This document shows, piece after piece, positions 47,332-58,014 of a stretch of DNA of 64,000 nt. The translations under genes and the position numbers were made by a program. The notes under the pieces are model-generated. The model saw nothing but the letters and a program-made list of their open reading frames with translations, searched no databases and was not told where the DNA came from. Positions within the stretch are counted from its first letter, which is position 1. Every line of letters begins with the position of its first letter. The stretch is from an uncultured delta proteobacterium (lineage in GTDB: Bacteria > Desulfobacterota > Syntrophia > Syntrophales > Smithellaceae). The stretch spans positions 288,001 to 352,000 of the forward strand of contig CAVWEH010000005.1 in NCBI GenBank assembly GCA_963753975.1, written 5' to 3'.

Positions 47332-49914
47332 ATGCGCATTGTCATTGATATGCAGGGCGCGCAAACACCGTTTTCCCGACATCGGGGTGTTGGGCGTTAT
47401 ACGATGGGATTAGTGAAAGCTCTCTTGCGCGATCCGCGGGATCACGAAATTTACCTGGCACTAAACGGAGCGTTCCAGGATGCTATAGATGCCATTAGGG
47501 GAGAATTTGAAGGACTACTGCCACAGGAAAACATACGTGTATGGCAGCAATTTTACGATTGTTCGGCAATTAATCCTGACTTGGCACCAAGGAAATGGGC
47601 TGCTGAAGTATCGCGCGAGGTATTTTTGAACAATCTTAATCCTGATATTATCTTCTCGACAAATTTACAGGAAGGTTGGTATGACCCGGCTCCTACCAGT
47701 GCCAAAGCATTGCCTTCGCGCGCTCTTTTTTGCACAACGCTGCATGATGTGATTCCTTTGGTTTATCCGGAGCGTTACTTGGCCTCGCAGTCAATTCGCA
47801 CCTGGTATAATGAAAAAATTGAGGGGGTGCGAAAGTCAGACATAATTTTAACTGATTCGGAGCATTCCAAGAAGGAAATTGTAGATCTTGTCGGTGTGCC
47901 GTACGACCGAGTAACAGTAATCTGCGCTGCTGTCGATAGTCTGAAATTTAACCAACGGAACATTTCTTCAGACAAGCGTGATGCGCTCCTAACCGGTCTG
48001 GGGATTAGCAGCCCTTTCTTGCTCTATTCCGGCGGTGGTGACGCCCATAAAAATCTTTATCGTCTATACCAGGCATTCGCCAGACTCCCGTTGGAATTGA
48101 GAAAATCTCACCAACTTGTGATGGTGGGCAAGGAACTGCACCGTGAGCAGGACATTCATCGAAGAACACTTAAAAAACTTGGAATCAATGCCAGCGTGGT
48201 TTTTACGGGTTACGTGGATGACGACGATTTAATTTCGCTGTACAATTTATGCAAACTATTTGTGTTCCCGTCGATTCACGAAGGCTTTGGTCTGCCCCCA
48301 CTGGAAGCAATGGCCTGCGGTGCGCCTGTGATAGCATCGCGGGCTTCCAGCCTTCCCGAGGTTGTGGGATTGAATGAGGCGCTTTTTGATCCCTACGACG
48401 AAATCGATATTGCGCGAAAAATGGAGAGTGCTTTGAGTGATTTCAAATTTCGCGAACGGCTCAAATTAAATGGTATTGCCAGTGCCGCCTCTTTTTCCTG
48501 GGATAATAGCGCCGGTAAGCTTCTCGACCTATTCGATATGACGGGCGATAAACTAAAAAATAATAATGTATCAATTGGAAATGAGCGCCTTAATATTCCT
48601 TCTGCCGGAGATTTTTCTGAACCTGTGCAAGCCGTTATTGAAGGTATTATAACTAACCCCATCGCAGCTCAACTCAAGCCACAGGACATGATGGCAATAG
48701 CTATTTCCTTAGCAGAAACTTATTCGGCTGAAACAGGTCGATCGCGTAAGCTTTTTCTTGATGTTAGTGCTGTTATAAAAACAGGAGATTACACTGGTAT
48801 TCAGCGTGTAGTTCGCGCTATTTGCTACGAACTTGTACGTGAATGTAAAGAGATAGAGGTGGTGCCTGTTTACACTAATGTAGATGATCACGAGTTTTAT
48901 CGTGCTGGATTACTAATCGATAACATTCTCGGTAATTTGGCTGATACTACAGAGAATTCTCATATTGAATTTTGTTCGGGAGATATTTTGTTATATTTGG
49001 ATCATCACCCAGGTGTGGCAATATCTCAAATTGATAAAACCCGCTATTTGCGGAATAAAGGAGTTAGGGTTTACCACATAGTGCATGACCTGCTACCTGC
49101 TCAATACCCGCAATATTTCTGGCCTGGTCTGTGCGAAGAATTTGTTACGTGGTTAAAAGCAGTGTCGTATGCTGATGGCGCACTGTGTGTATCTCATAAA
49201 GTGGCACTTGAACTTCGTCAATGGCTGGATACGAACATGCCTGGGCGTAAAAGACCTTTTAAGATTGGCTGGTTCCACCATGGAGCCGATTTTGAGAACT
49301 CGATTCCTTCTCTTGGCATATCCTCTGCCGGATATGACATGATCGGAAAACTTGCCTCCGGCTCGAGTTTTCTTGTTGTAGGGACTATCGAGCCGCGTAA
49401 AGGGCAAGCGCAAATACTTGATGCTTTCGAACAGCTTTGGGCGGCTGGTGTGGATGTAAATCTTGTCCTTCTAGGCAAAAAAGGTTGGGGTATGAAAAAT
49501 TTTGTCGACAAACTATTATCTCACCCCCAACTGGGAAATCGTTTGCACTGGCTTGAGGGCATTAGCGACGAATATCTGGAAAAGGTCTACGATGCATCTA
49601 CTTGTCTGATTGCTGCCTCGGAAGACGAGGGCTTTGGTTTACCACTGATCGAAGCAGCTCAACATAAATTGCCGATTATCGCGCGTGATATTCCCGTATT
49701 TCGTGAGGTTGCCGGAGATCATGCGTTTTACTTTAACGGTCGTGAGCCGCAAGCGCTGGCAGAGGCTGTTCGGCAATGGCTTGAGCTAAGTTTGCAGGGT
49801 AGTGTTCCTAAATCCGGCAACATGCCGCGGCTAACATGGAAGCAAAGTGCCGGGCAATTGATCAAAGTCGTTTTGGGGTTGTCACAGAAAGATGGCCCTC
49901 AATTTTTAGACTAG
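47332..49914 (+). CDS. Two-domain GT4 glycosyltransferase (WbdA-like); ORF open upstream to 46948
   Basis: MRIVIDMQGAQT..SRHRGVGRY after an AGGAG RBS; two EGFGLP..EA motifs; TGIQRVVR, GTIEPRKG. Confidence 0.85.
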   Translation: MRIVIDMQGAQTPFSRHRGVGRYTMGLVKALLRDPRDHEIYLALNGAFQDAIDAIRGEFEGLLPQENIRVWQQFYDCSAINPDLAPRKWAAEVSREVFLNNLNPDIIFSTNLQEGWYDPAPTSAKALPSRALFCTTLHDVIPLVYPERYLASQSIRTWYNEKIEGVRKSDIILTDSEHSKKEIVDLVGVPYDRVTVICAAVDSLKFNQRNISSDKRDALLTGLGISSPFLLYSGGGDAHKNLYRLYQAFARLPLELRKSHQLVMVGKELHREQDIHRRTLKKLGINASVVFTGYVDDDDLISLYNLCKLFVFPSIHEGFGLPPLEAMACGAPVIASRASSLPEVVGLNEALFDPYDEIDIARKMESALSDFKFRERLKLNGIASAASFSWDNSAGKLLDLFDMTGDKLKNNNVSIGNERLNIPSAGDFSEPVQAVIEGIITNPIAAQLKPQDMMAIAISLAETYSAETGRSRKLFLDVSAVIKTGDYTGIQRVVRAICYELVRECKEIEVVPVYTNVDDHEFYRAGLLIDNILGNLADTTENSHIEFCSGDILLYLDHHPGVAISQIDKTRYLRNKGVRVYHIVHDLLPAQYPQYFWPGLCEEFVTWLKAVSYADGALCVSHKVALELRQWLDTNMPGRKRPFKIGWFHHGADFENSIPSLGISSAGYDMIGKLASGSSFLVVGTIEPRKGQAQILDAFEQLWAAGVDVNLVLLGKKGWGMKNFVDKLLSHPQLGNRLHWLEGISDEYLEKVYDASTCLIAASEDEGFGLPLIEAAQHKLPIIARDIPVFREVAGDHAFYFNGREPQALAEAVRQWLELSLQGSVPKSGNMPRLTWKQSAGQLIKVVLGLSQKDGPQFLD

Positions 49915-49999
49915 CGTATAAATTAAGTTTGGCTGATAGTTCCGACTCAGCAAAATTACGGAAACCGATGCAGAAAAACAGGTTGAATATGAAAAGAAG

Positions 50000-50197
50000 T
50001 ATTGCTGTAAGTATGAGGATCACGGATATGAACGCCAAAGCAAGATTTGGAAATAATTTCCGCAGCAAGCTGTGGTGTATTATACCCTCCGCTTTGCGGG
50101 ATTGTTCAACTTACCAATTCCGCTGCGCTGCTCTTTCGGAATTGGAGTTTCACCAATAAAGAAGTTGAATTTGATGGTTAGTTGTGTAAAGGTTCTC
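50000..50197 (+). repeat. Medium copy of junction repeat
   Basis: Shares TGAGGATCAC...AACGCCAAAGCAAG.TTTGGAAA...AGCAAGCTG.GG.GTATTATACCCTCCGC...GGAATTGGA..TTCACCAATAAA with 22987-23468. Confidence 0.75.
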
Positions 50198-50234
50198 AAT
50201 CAAAAAGGCACTTCAAAAACAAGATAACTAATTC

Positions 50235-51941
50235 ATGATCTTCATTGTATACTCTGAAATCAGCGAGGAAAAACTCAGCGGCAGCTTAGGTATGCCGGAA
50301 TACAGTTATTACTTTGTCCTTCGGGGGTTTCTCCCCGTGTTGCGGGAATTAGGGCAGGTTGTTGTAGTGGAGAACCCTGAGCAGGAAGTGGATGACATTT
50401 ATGCTGATTGCCGAAAGCGGGGGGAAAACTGCGTCTTTATCACCTTTTCCCCTCCCAATAAATCGGCAATGGGATTGCGTTGTCCAACGGTTTGTGTGCT
50501 TGCCTGGGAGTTTGATCGTATTCCTGATGAAGTGTGGGATGACGACCCGAAAAACGATTGGCGGTATGTGCTTTCAAACCATGGCCGCACAATAACCCTT
50601 TCCCAATATGCAGCGGCCGCGGTGAAAAAAGCAATGGGTAATGATTATCCCGTTGTAGCAATTCCGGTCCCGGTATGGGATACCTTCGCAGCGTATAGAA
50701 ACCAAACTACTGGCAATTGTTCGGCTGAAAAAATGGATATTACTATCAGGGGTGACGTTATTGATAGCCGCAACTATCACATCAGATCTGATTCCTTTGA
50801 GTTGATAGAACCTTTTGAAAGTTTCCAATTTCAAAATTGGTCGGGTGAAACACTTCATTTGGGATTTTCCACGGCAGATGAATTCAGTGCATGTTTAGGC
50901 GGTTTCTACCCATCCGAAACATGGGGAACATGGTCGCGTATTGCCAAGCCCTGGGTTTTACTTCCCTATAAGCTTAGCGGCACGGTTAATTTGAAAATTA
51001 CCGCTCGCGGGCATGGTCATAATGCCAATAAAGAGATATTTGTTTCTATAGGCAATGAGAAAAAGAAGATACTTCTCCGTAATTTTTTTACCGAAATGGC
51101 TGTCAGCTTTCACCTGAGCAAGCCGGAAAATGTTCTTAATTTCTCCGGTTTGGATTTAACGCCATTCCCTGGCGCAAAAGATCAGCGGTTTTTGGGAATA
51201 GGGCTTCGTCATATTGAAATATCAGGCAATCCATCTGTGGAAACCAGAAAGAATACAATGCAAGAAAAAAAACCTAGTCACAGAATCACCTTTGAAGAGG
51301 TTGTCTACACTTCTGTGTTTAGTCCTACCGATGGCCGAAAAAATTGGAAGGACATAGTGACAGCGTTTTGCACGGCGTTTCAAGACGTGGAAGATGCGAC
51401 GTTGGTGCTTAAAATGGTACATCATTCTCTAGCATCTTTCCTGGTGCAATTAAATTCACTACTCGAGCAACTGTGGCCTTTTAAATGCAGGGTTGTGGCC
51501 TTGCATGGCTATATGGATTCAGTTGAATATGAAAAATTGATAACCGCCACCCATTTTTATATCAACGCCTCCAAAGCTGAGGGATTATGTTTGCCTCTCA
51601 TGGAATATATGGCTTGTTGCAAGCCCTCTATTGCGCCATGTCACACATCAATGGTTGATTATGTTGATTCTTCATCCACGCTAATTGTCGATTCCAGCCT
51701 TGAACCCTGCATGTGGCCGGCCGATCCTCGCAGTATATTTCGATCTATGTGGTATCGCATCGATTGGGAGTCTTTGGTGAATGCCTACCAGCAAAGCTAT
51801 GATATTGCTAAAAATAAACCCGCTGTATACAGGAAAATGGCTGAATCTGCATCGTCGCAAATGAATAAATTTTCGTCCAATATCGTTGTTAAAGAGAAAC
51901 TGCAAAAATTCTTTGCTCCAAGAACTGGGATGTCAATCTAA
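50235..51941 (+). CDS. GT-B (GT4-like) glycosyltransferase with inserted beta-rich domain
   Basis: LGMPEYSYYFVL, AWEF, DGRKNW, AEGLCLPLMEYM; insert containing GFYPSETWGTWS. Confidence 0.75.
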   Translation: MIFIVYSEISEEKLSGSLGMPEYSYYFVLRGFLPVLRELGQVVVVENPEQEVDDIYADCRKRGENCVFITFSPPNKSAMGLRCPTVCVLAWEFDRIPDEVWDDDPKNDWRYVLSNHGRTITLSQYAAAAVKKAMGNDYPVVAIPVPVWDTFAAYRNQTTGNCSAEKMDITIRGDVIDSRNYHIRSDSFELIEPFESFQFQNWSGETLHLGFSTADEFSACLGGFYPSETWGTWSRIAKPWVLLPYKLSGTVNLKITARGHGHNANKEIFVSIGNEKKKILLRNFFTEMAVSFHLSKPENVLNFSGLDLTPFPGAKDQRFLGIGLRHIEISGNPSVETRKNTMQEKKPSHRITFEEVVYTSVFSPTDGRKNWKDIVTAFCTAFQDVEDATLVLKMVHHSLASFLVQLNSLLEQLWPFKCRVVALHGYMDSVEYEKLITATHFYINASKAEGLCLPLMEYMACCKPSIAPCHTSMVDYVDSSSTLIVDSSLEPCMWPADPRSIFRSMWYRIDWESLVNAYQQSYDIAKNKPAVYRKMAESASSQMNKFSSNIVVKEKLQKFFAPRTGMSI

Positions 51942-52021
51942 AAAATAATGGAGTGCATGGACAAGTGTACTGAATATTTGAAGCGCTCCTGTGAGCAGAT
52001 TAATAAGGCAAATTGGCAATT

Positions 52022-53522
52022 ATGGTAATTATTATATATTCGGCTGAAACGGGAAAAAGCATACTGGCTAATATGGGCCTCCCGGAATATAGTTATTTCT
52101 TTGTCTTAAAAAAATTCCGTGCTGTTCTATGTAAATTTGCCACTGTTGTCGAGATTAGAAATCCGGGAATAGAAGTTGATATTATTTACGAAGAGTGTCG
52201 GACGAGAGGAGTGCCGTGCTTGTTTTTTTCCTTTTCGCCTCCTCATAAGACGGTTACAGGGCTTAAGTGTCCCACGATATCTGTATTTGCCTGGGAGTTT
52301 ACGACGATACCTACAGATACGTGGGGGGGAGACCCTTGCAATGATTGGAGGAATGTATTCCATAAACATGGTTGCGCCATTACCCATTCCAGCTTTGCTG
52401 TCAGAGCCGTCCAAAAAGCGATGGGAAACGATTTTCCGGTATGGTCCATCCCTGCGCCCGTATGGGATAATTACACGAAACTTTATAGAAAAGAAGAGGC
52501 CTCTGCCCAATCAAAAGGATTCGATTTGACTTTTAAAGGAAGTTTTATCGACTTTAATGGATGCGACGCTCCATGGGTATCAGAAGAAAGCAGAAAGGAC
52601 TTCATTAAACAACGATCATCACCCAAAAAAGACAAAAATGTTAGCCTGCACTTGAAAGGAATCATTTACACAACGGTTCTTAATCCTAACGATGGCCGAA
52701 AGAATTGGATAGATCAGCTAAAAGGGTTTATCTGGGCATTCAGAAAATTGAAAGACGTAACATTAGTATTGAAAATAATTTTTCATGATTTCGAGAAAGT
52801 CCGCGGACCCTTAGCTGATGAAATATTTAAGCTTACGCCCTTCCAATGCCGGGTGGTCATTCTGCACGGCTATTTGAATGATGACGAATATGCCAAGCTT
52901 GTCCGGGGATCTACATACATTGTCAACGCTGCATACGGGGAAGGTCAATGTTTGCCGTTGATGGAATATATGTCCGCGGGCAAACCGGCTATTGCGCCTT
53001 CGCATACGGCCATGGAAGATTATATCAATGATGGTAATTCTTTTGTTGTTAAGTCGAGTTTGGAGAGGGGAATTTGGCCGGATGATCCCAGGGGTGCTTT
53101 GCGTACATTTCGTTACCGGATAAATTGGGAATCCTTGTATAATGCCTACCTGGAAAGTTATCAGGTTGCAAAAAATGATCCTGCTCGTTATGCGCGCATG
53201 TCGGATTGTGCGGTGGAAAGTCTGAGAAAAGTATTGTTCAAAAGCGGTTGTAGAAGAACGGTTAATAAATGTATTTCAGCAATGTGGAGTACCCCATGAA
53301 GTCGTACTAAATTCAACTCCCACAAAGGAGCACATGGCATTAAGGCGAATATTCTTATGGAAAATATGGCGCTTTCGTTTGTTTTCAAAAAAAAGCTCTT
53401 TTTTTAGAGGGCCCGTGAAAACCGGGTTGTTACGATTGCTTACTTTTTCAAGGAATTATTATGTTTGGTTTAAAAATAAATCTATTTGGAAAATGCGTCG
53501 TCTCATTGAAAAAATTTTGTAA
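52022..53522 (+). CDS. Paralogous GT-B glycosyltransferase, +1 frameshift near 53227
   Basis: Same motifs as 50235; removing one A gives LRKYCSKAVVEERL, matching the paralog's MNKFSSNIVVKEKL, and joins ORF 53334..53522. Confidence 0.75.
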
Positions 53523-53715
53523 GGGAAAACATCGGCAGGAAAACGATCATACGGTTTCATCTAATCCGGAAACGCTTGCTGGAAACAAAAGACGGGCCAT
53601 GGGTGAAGAGCGCGTTGGATGATTTTATGCCTAAAAGCCAGGCGATTATAGCAAAAAAACCAAATCAATCATGTTAAGGTTCAGCTAAAATAAAAAAATT
53701 CCGCATATTAAAGCA

Positions 53716-53982
53716 TTGAAAACATTGTTCCCCTGTAATACAGGAGTGTATGTTCGGTCCATACTACCTGCAAACGGGAAGGTTCTAAACAATGAAGATA
53801 TAAAGCGATTGAATGCAGAGATAAAAAGAATAACTACTCTAACTAAGAATACTTATATAGATATGTATGCAAAGTTTATTGGGGCAGATGGTAACATTAA
53901 ACCTGAGTATGTTACAGACGGCCTTCATTTAAATGAGGCTGGATATATTGCGTGGATAAGAGAATTCTCCATCTTTTTATAG
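53716..53982 (+). pseudogene. C-terminal fragment of an SGNH/GDSL hydrolase
   Basis: SILP...LN...IDMY...TDGLHLNEAGY (block V DxxH); no upstream GDS block in frame. Confidence 0.6.
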
Positions 53983-54073
53983 ATAAGACTATGTTTGAAG
54001 ATGAGGTTTGGCATTTAAGTTTGGATATCCGGCTGGTAAATGCTTACTTAATAATAGAAGGGGGGAAAGGATA

Positions 54074-55000
54074 ATGGGTTTTAAAAAGCTGCTCCGTATT
54101 ATCATCAATAAATTGCTGAATAGTTCTGTCATCAGCAGAAAATTAGATGCTTTGGCTTACGCTGTTGCAGATCGTGTATATGGCTATGTCGATAAAGGCA
54201 CTCAAATTCTTTTGGCTTTGAAATATCGTCAACTCTACGAACGAGGCAAAATGCTTCCTTTTGAAGAAGTAGAATTCAGAAATCATTCCCAATTTGGCGA
54301 AGATGGGATTTTGTGGTATATTTTTTCATTGGTAGGAACAACCAATAAAAAAGCGGTGGAAATTTGTGCGGGAAACGGCAAGGAGTGCAACACTGCAAAT
54401 CTTGTCGTAAACCACGGCTGGAACGCATTGATGGCTGAAGGGGACAAAGCGAAGGCTGATTTTGCAAAGGAATATTACGCTAAGCACCCTGATACGTTTC
54501 TCATTCCTCCTTCTGTCGCAAACGAATGGATCACGGCCGAAAACGTAAACGATATAATAAAACGGAATGGCTTTGAGGGTGAGATAGATTTTCTTGCGAT
54601 TGACGTTGACGGTATGGACTACTGGCTATGGAAAGCCATTAACGTGGCGGTGCCGAGGGTCGTTATGGTGGAAATACAGGTAGTATGGCGCTGTACAGCA
54701 TCAGTGACGGTGCCATATCGCCCTGATTTTAAATTCACGCTCTTGCAAGATATCAAAGATGGTTTGGTAAGCTATGGGGGAGCATCCTTGCCGGCTTTCG
54801 TTAAACTGGCCAAAGAGAAAGGATATCGACTCATTGGAGCCAATAGATTCGGACAAAATGTTGTTTTTATGCGCAACGATGTTGGTGTTGATGTATTTCC
54901 AGAGATAGACCCAGAAAGCGTTTTTTCAAATGCAACTTGCAATTTCGCTTATGATAGCGCCCGACCACTTTATGAAGGGCTGGAGTGGGAAGAGGTCTGA
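54074..55000 (+). CDS. FkbM-like methyltransferase-fold protein
   Basis: SQFGEDGI, VEICAGNG..CNT, IDFLAIDVDGMDYW. Confidence 0.65.
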   Translation: MGFKKLLRIIINKLLNSSVISRKLDALAYAVADRVYGYVDKGTQILLALKYRQLYERGKMLPFEEVEFRNHSQFGEDGILWYIFSLVGTTNKKAVEICAGNGKECNTANLVVNHGWNALMAEGDKAKADFAKEYYAKHPDTFLIPPSVANEWITAENVNDIIKRNGFEGEIDFLAIDVDGMDYWLWKAINVAVPRVVMVEIQVVWRCTASVTVPYRPDFKFTLLQDIKDGLVSYGGASLPAFVKLAKEKGYRLIGANRFGQNVVFMRNDVGVDVFPEIDPESVFSNATCNFAYDSARPLYEGLEWEEV

Positions 55001-55080
55001 AATGGTTTTATCACCTACTTTGAATTGGAAAAACCGGAAACCCTGACAGCACTAGTCCGGCATTGTGAGAGAAGGTACTT

Positions 55081-55948
55081 ATGTCGAATTTATTTAAGGA
55101 TTGTATTAAAAAAGCATACAAAAAGATATACTTATTCATTTATGATAATAATATCTACCGTCCGACTTATAGATATAAGTATACAAAATATAACATACCA
55201 TCTAGGGATGACGTGCCGTATATTATAAATATTGTATATGAAGATATATTTGGGTATAAAACAAATGGAATTTTCGTAGAAATAGGAGCATTTGATGGAG
55301 AAATTTCTAGTTTTACATGTTTTTTGGCTGATATTGGATGGACTGGACATTATGTCGAGCCTATTAAAAGATATTTTATAAACTGCTTGAAACGTCATGA
55401 AAAAAATAAAGTTTCTTGTTACAATTTTTTTATTGGAGATTTTGCAGGAAAATCCACAATGTTCGATTATGGCCCATTTTCTAAAAAAACCGTTGTAAAT
55501 AATTTTAAGGCAATTTCTTCCTTATAATAAAGAAACCGGGGAATCTGTAAATATTAATTGCCTCTCTATGGATATGTTTTTAAAGAATCAAGAAATTCCT
55601 CATGAAATTGATCTCCTATTAATAGATGTAGAAGATGGTGAAATGAATGTTTTAAAATCATTTTCATTATTGGGAAAAGAATATAACCCAACTGCAATTA
55701 TTATAGAGACTACTCACGAAAAAGAGACTAAAGATATACTGACAAGTTCGGGGTATGTCCAATATTGTTCTTTGGATACCGATGATCCCTGGACCAAGAA
55801 TCTAATATTTGTCTCCCAAAAAAGAGCAAATGAACAGTTCCCTTTACTGAATAAAATGAAAAAAATGAAAAATATCTCTTTGCTGGATGAAGTGAAAGAA
55901 GTGAAAATTATCAATTTTTCAGACATAGATTCATTAAAACCAATTTAA
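55081..55948 (+). CDS. FkbM-family methyltransferase, +1 frameshift near 55522 (AT-rich)
   Basis: FVEIGAFDG, GW.G..VEP, then IDLLLIDVEDGE. Confidence 0.7.
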
Positions 55949-56134
55949 AATTTTGTTATTATTTTTTGTTTTCTGCAATATTTAGAAGGGCCTATCATTT
56001 TTCTGCTATACAAATATTTCATTTTGTGGCGATATCTAATATAGTAATTCTAATTCATTTTTATAAATCCAGCGCACGATTATGCGCAAAAAAACGTGGA
56101 ATTTGAATGTTTTCGAAAGGGAAAGGAGTTATTC

Positions 56135-57103
56135 ATGGGCGCAAAAAAAGCATTAATCATCGGTATCTCCGGTCAGGATGGAACTTATCTGGCCGATCTT
56201 CTGCTGAATAAGGGTTATACGGTCATTGGCACGTCCCGAGACGCCATGTTGTCGTCTTTTTCCAATCTGCAGAGGATGGGAATCCGCGACAAAATTACCG
56301 TCGAGTCCGTGTCGCTCAATGATTTTCGCAGCGTCCTGCAAGTCCTGAAAAAATACTGTCCTGATGAAATATACAATTTAGCCGGGCAAAGTTCCGTCGG
56401 ACTTTCTTTCGAACAGCCTGTGGAAACATTTGAAAGTGTTTGTGTGGCAACATTGAATTTACTGGAAGCCATGCGCTTCTTAGAAATACCCGCCCGGTTG
56501 TATAATGCCGCATCGAGCGAATGCTTCGGCAATACCAATGCAGAACCCGCCGGCGAAACGACGCCGTTTCATCCCCGAAGTCCATATGCCGTCGCCAAGT
56601 CAGCCGCTTTTTGGCAGGTTGCCAACTATCGGGAGGCCTATAACTTGTACGCCTGTTCGGGGATCTTGTTTAATCATGAATCGCCTCTGCGGCCCAGCCG
56701 TTTCGTGACCAGCAAAATTGTCCAGACAGCCTGCCGTATTGCTAAAGGAAGTAATGAAAAATTACATTTGGGAAATATTTCCATCAAAAGAGATTGGGGC
56801 TGGGCGCCGGAATTTGTGGATGCCATGTGGCGAATGCTGCAACAGGATGAACCCCGGGACTATGTTGTGGCAACAGGAAAGACATCTTCGCTGAAAGATT
56901 TTATCCAGGAAACATTTTCCCTGCTGAATTTGGACATGAATCAACATCTAAGGCATGTTTCGGATTTTGAAAGACCGACGGACATAAACGTATCCGTGGC
57001 CGATACAAAAAAAGCTGAAAAAGAACTTGGCTGGAAGACCAAATTTTTTATGAAAGATGTTGTCCGGATGATGGTCGAAGCTGAGTTAGCAAGGATAACA
57101 TAG
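56135..57103 (+). CDS. gmd: GDP-mannose 4,6-dehydratase
   Basis: GISGQDG.YLA, YNLAGQSSV, SSE.FG, PRSPYAVAK, NHESPLR..FVT.KI, RDWG; AAGGAG RBS. Confidence 0.88.
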   Translation: MGAKKALIIGISGQDGTYLADLLLNKGYTVIGTSRDAMLSSFSNLQRMGIRDKITVESVSLNDFRSVLQVLKKYCPDEIYNLAGQSSVGLSFEQPVETFESVCVATLNLLEAMRFLEIPARLYNAASSECFGNTNAEPAGETTPFHPRSPYAVAKSAAFWQVANYREAYNLYACSGILFNHESPLRPSRFVTSKIVQTACRIAKGSNEKLHLGNISIKRDWGWAPEFVDAMWRMLQQDEPRDYVVATGKTSSLKDFIQETFSLLNLDMNQHLRHVSDFERPTDINVSVADTKKAEKELGWKTKFFMKDVVRMMVEAELARIT

Positions 57104-57116
57104 GAATTTTAGAATA

Positions 57117-57965
57117 ATGAGTTTTATCTCTTACGCCCAAAATTTTGAAGATGTGATGCTTTGGCGGGCCCTCAAGCATGTCAAACGGGGTTTTTATGTT
57201 GATGTTGGAGCTGCCGGGCCTGATGAGAACTCTGTCACTATGGCCTTTTACAATCGCGGCTGGAAAGGTATCAATATTGAACCCGATCCGAAATTACATC
57301 GTCAATTACAGGAGAGCCGACCCCGCGACCAAAACCTGCGCTTGGCTGTTGGCGATAGTGAAGGGTATCTGGTTATGAACTTCCTGGAAGGTACCGGGCT
57401 ATCCACACTGGATGATGCCGTTGCTGACAAGCACCAGCATGCCAGGCGGAACCCGAATCGTCAAGAAATACAAGTAACAACACTGACCAACTTATGGCTT
57501 CAGTATATACCGGCCGGGCAAGATGTTCATTTTCTGAAAGTGGATGTCGAAGGTATGGAAGAAGCCGTTCTAAGGGGTAACGACTGGACAAAAAATCGTC
57601 CATGGATTGTGGTAGTGGAAGCAACGTCGCCACTATCTCGGATGGAATTACACGAAACATGGGAGCCCATACTTTTTTCCGCCAATTATCTCTTTGCTTA
57701 TGCGGACGGCCTTAACCGCTTCTATGTGGCGGTAGAACACCCTGAAATTCTATCAGCATTTCATTATCCACCAAATTTCTTTGATGAATTTGTTTTAACG
57801 ACGCAAGTGAAGGCAGAAGAAAAAGCTCGGCTGGCCGAAGAAAAAGCTCGGCTGGCGGAGATTGCTCTGAACGAGGTTTGTAATAGCCGCTCGTGGCGGT
57901 GGACTCGGTCGCTACGATGGATTGGAGAAAAATTGAGGATTGTTCTGGGAAAGAAGAAAAATTAG
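57117..57965 (+). CDS. FkbM methyltransferase with short coiled-coil tail (WbdD-like terminator)
   Basis: SYAQNFED, YVDVGA, FLKVDVEG.E, DGLNRFY; tail (AEEKARL)x2...NSRSWRWT. Confidence 0.85.
   Translation: MSFISYAQNFEDVMLWRALKHVKRGFYVDVGAAGPDENSVTMAFYNRGWKGINIEPDPKLHRQLQESRPRDQNLRLAVGDSEGYLVMNFLEGTGLSTLDDAVADKHQHARRNPNRQEIQVTTLTNLWLQYIPAGQDVHFLKVDVEGMEEAVLRGNDWTKNRPWIVVVEATSPLSRMELHETWEPILFSANYLFAYADGLNRFYVAVEHPEILSAFHYPPNFFDEFVLTTQVKAEEKARLAEEKARLAEIALNEVCNSRSWRWTRSLRWIGEKLRIVLGKKKN
57812..57853 (+). repeat. In-frame 21-bp tandem repeat encoding heptad AEEKARL
   Basis: GGCAGAAGAAAAAGCTCGGCT followed by GGCCGAAGAAAAAGCTCGGCT. Confidence 0.85.
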
Positions 57966-58014
57966 GTATGACAAATTTTAATAGAAGGATGGGCAAAGCT
58001 CTCACGGTACCAAT

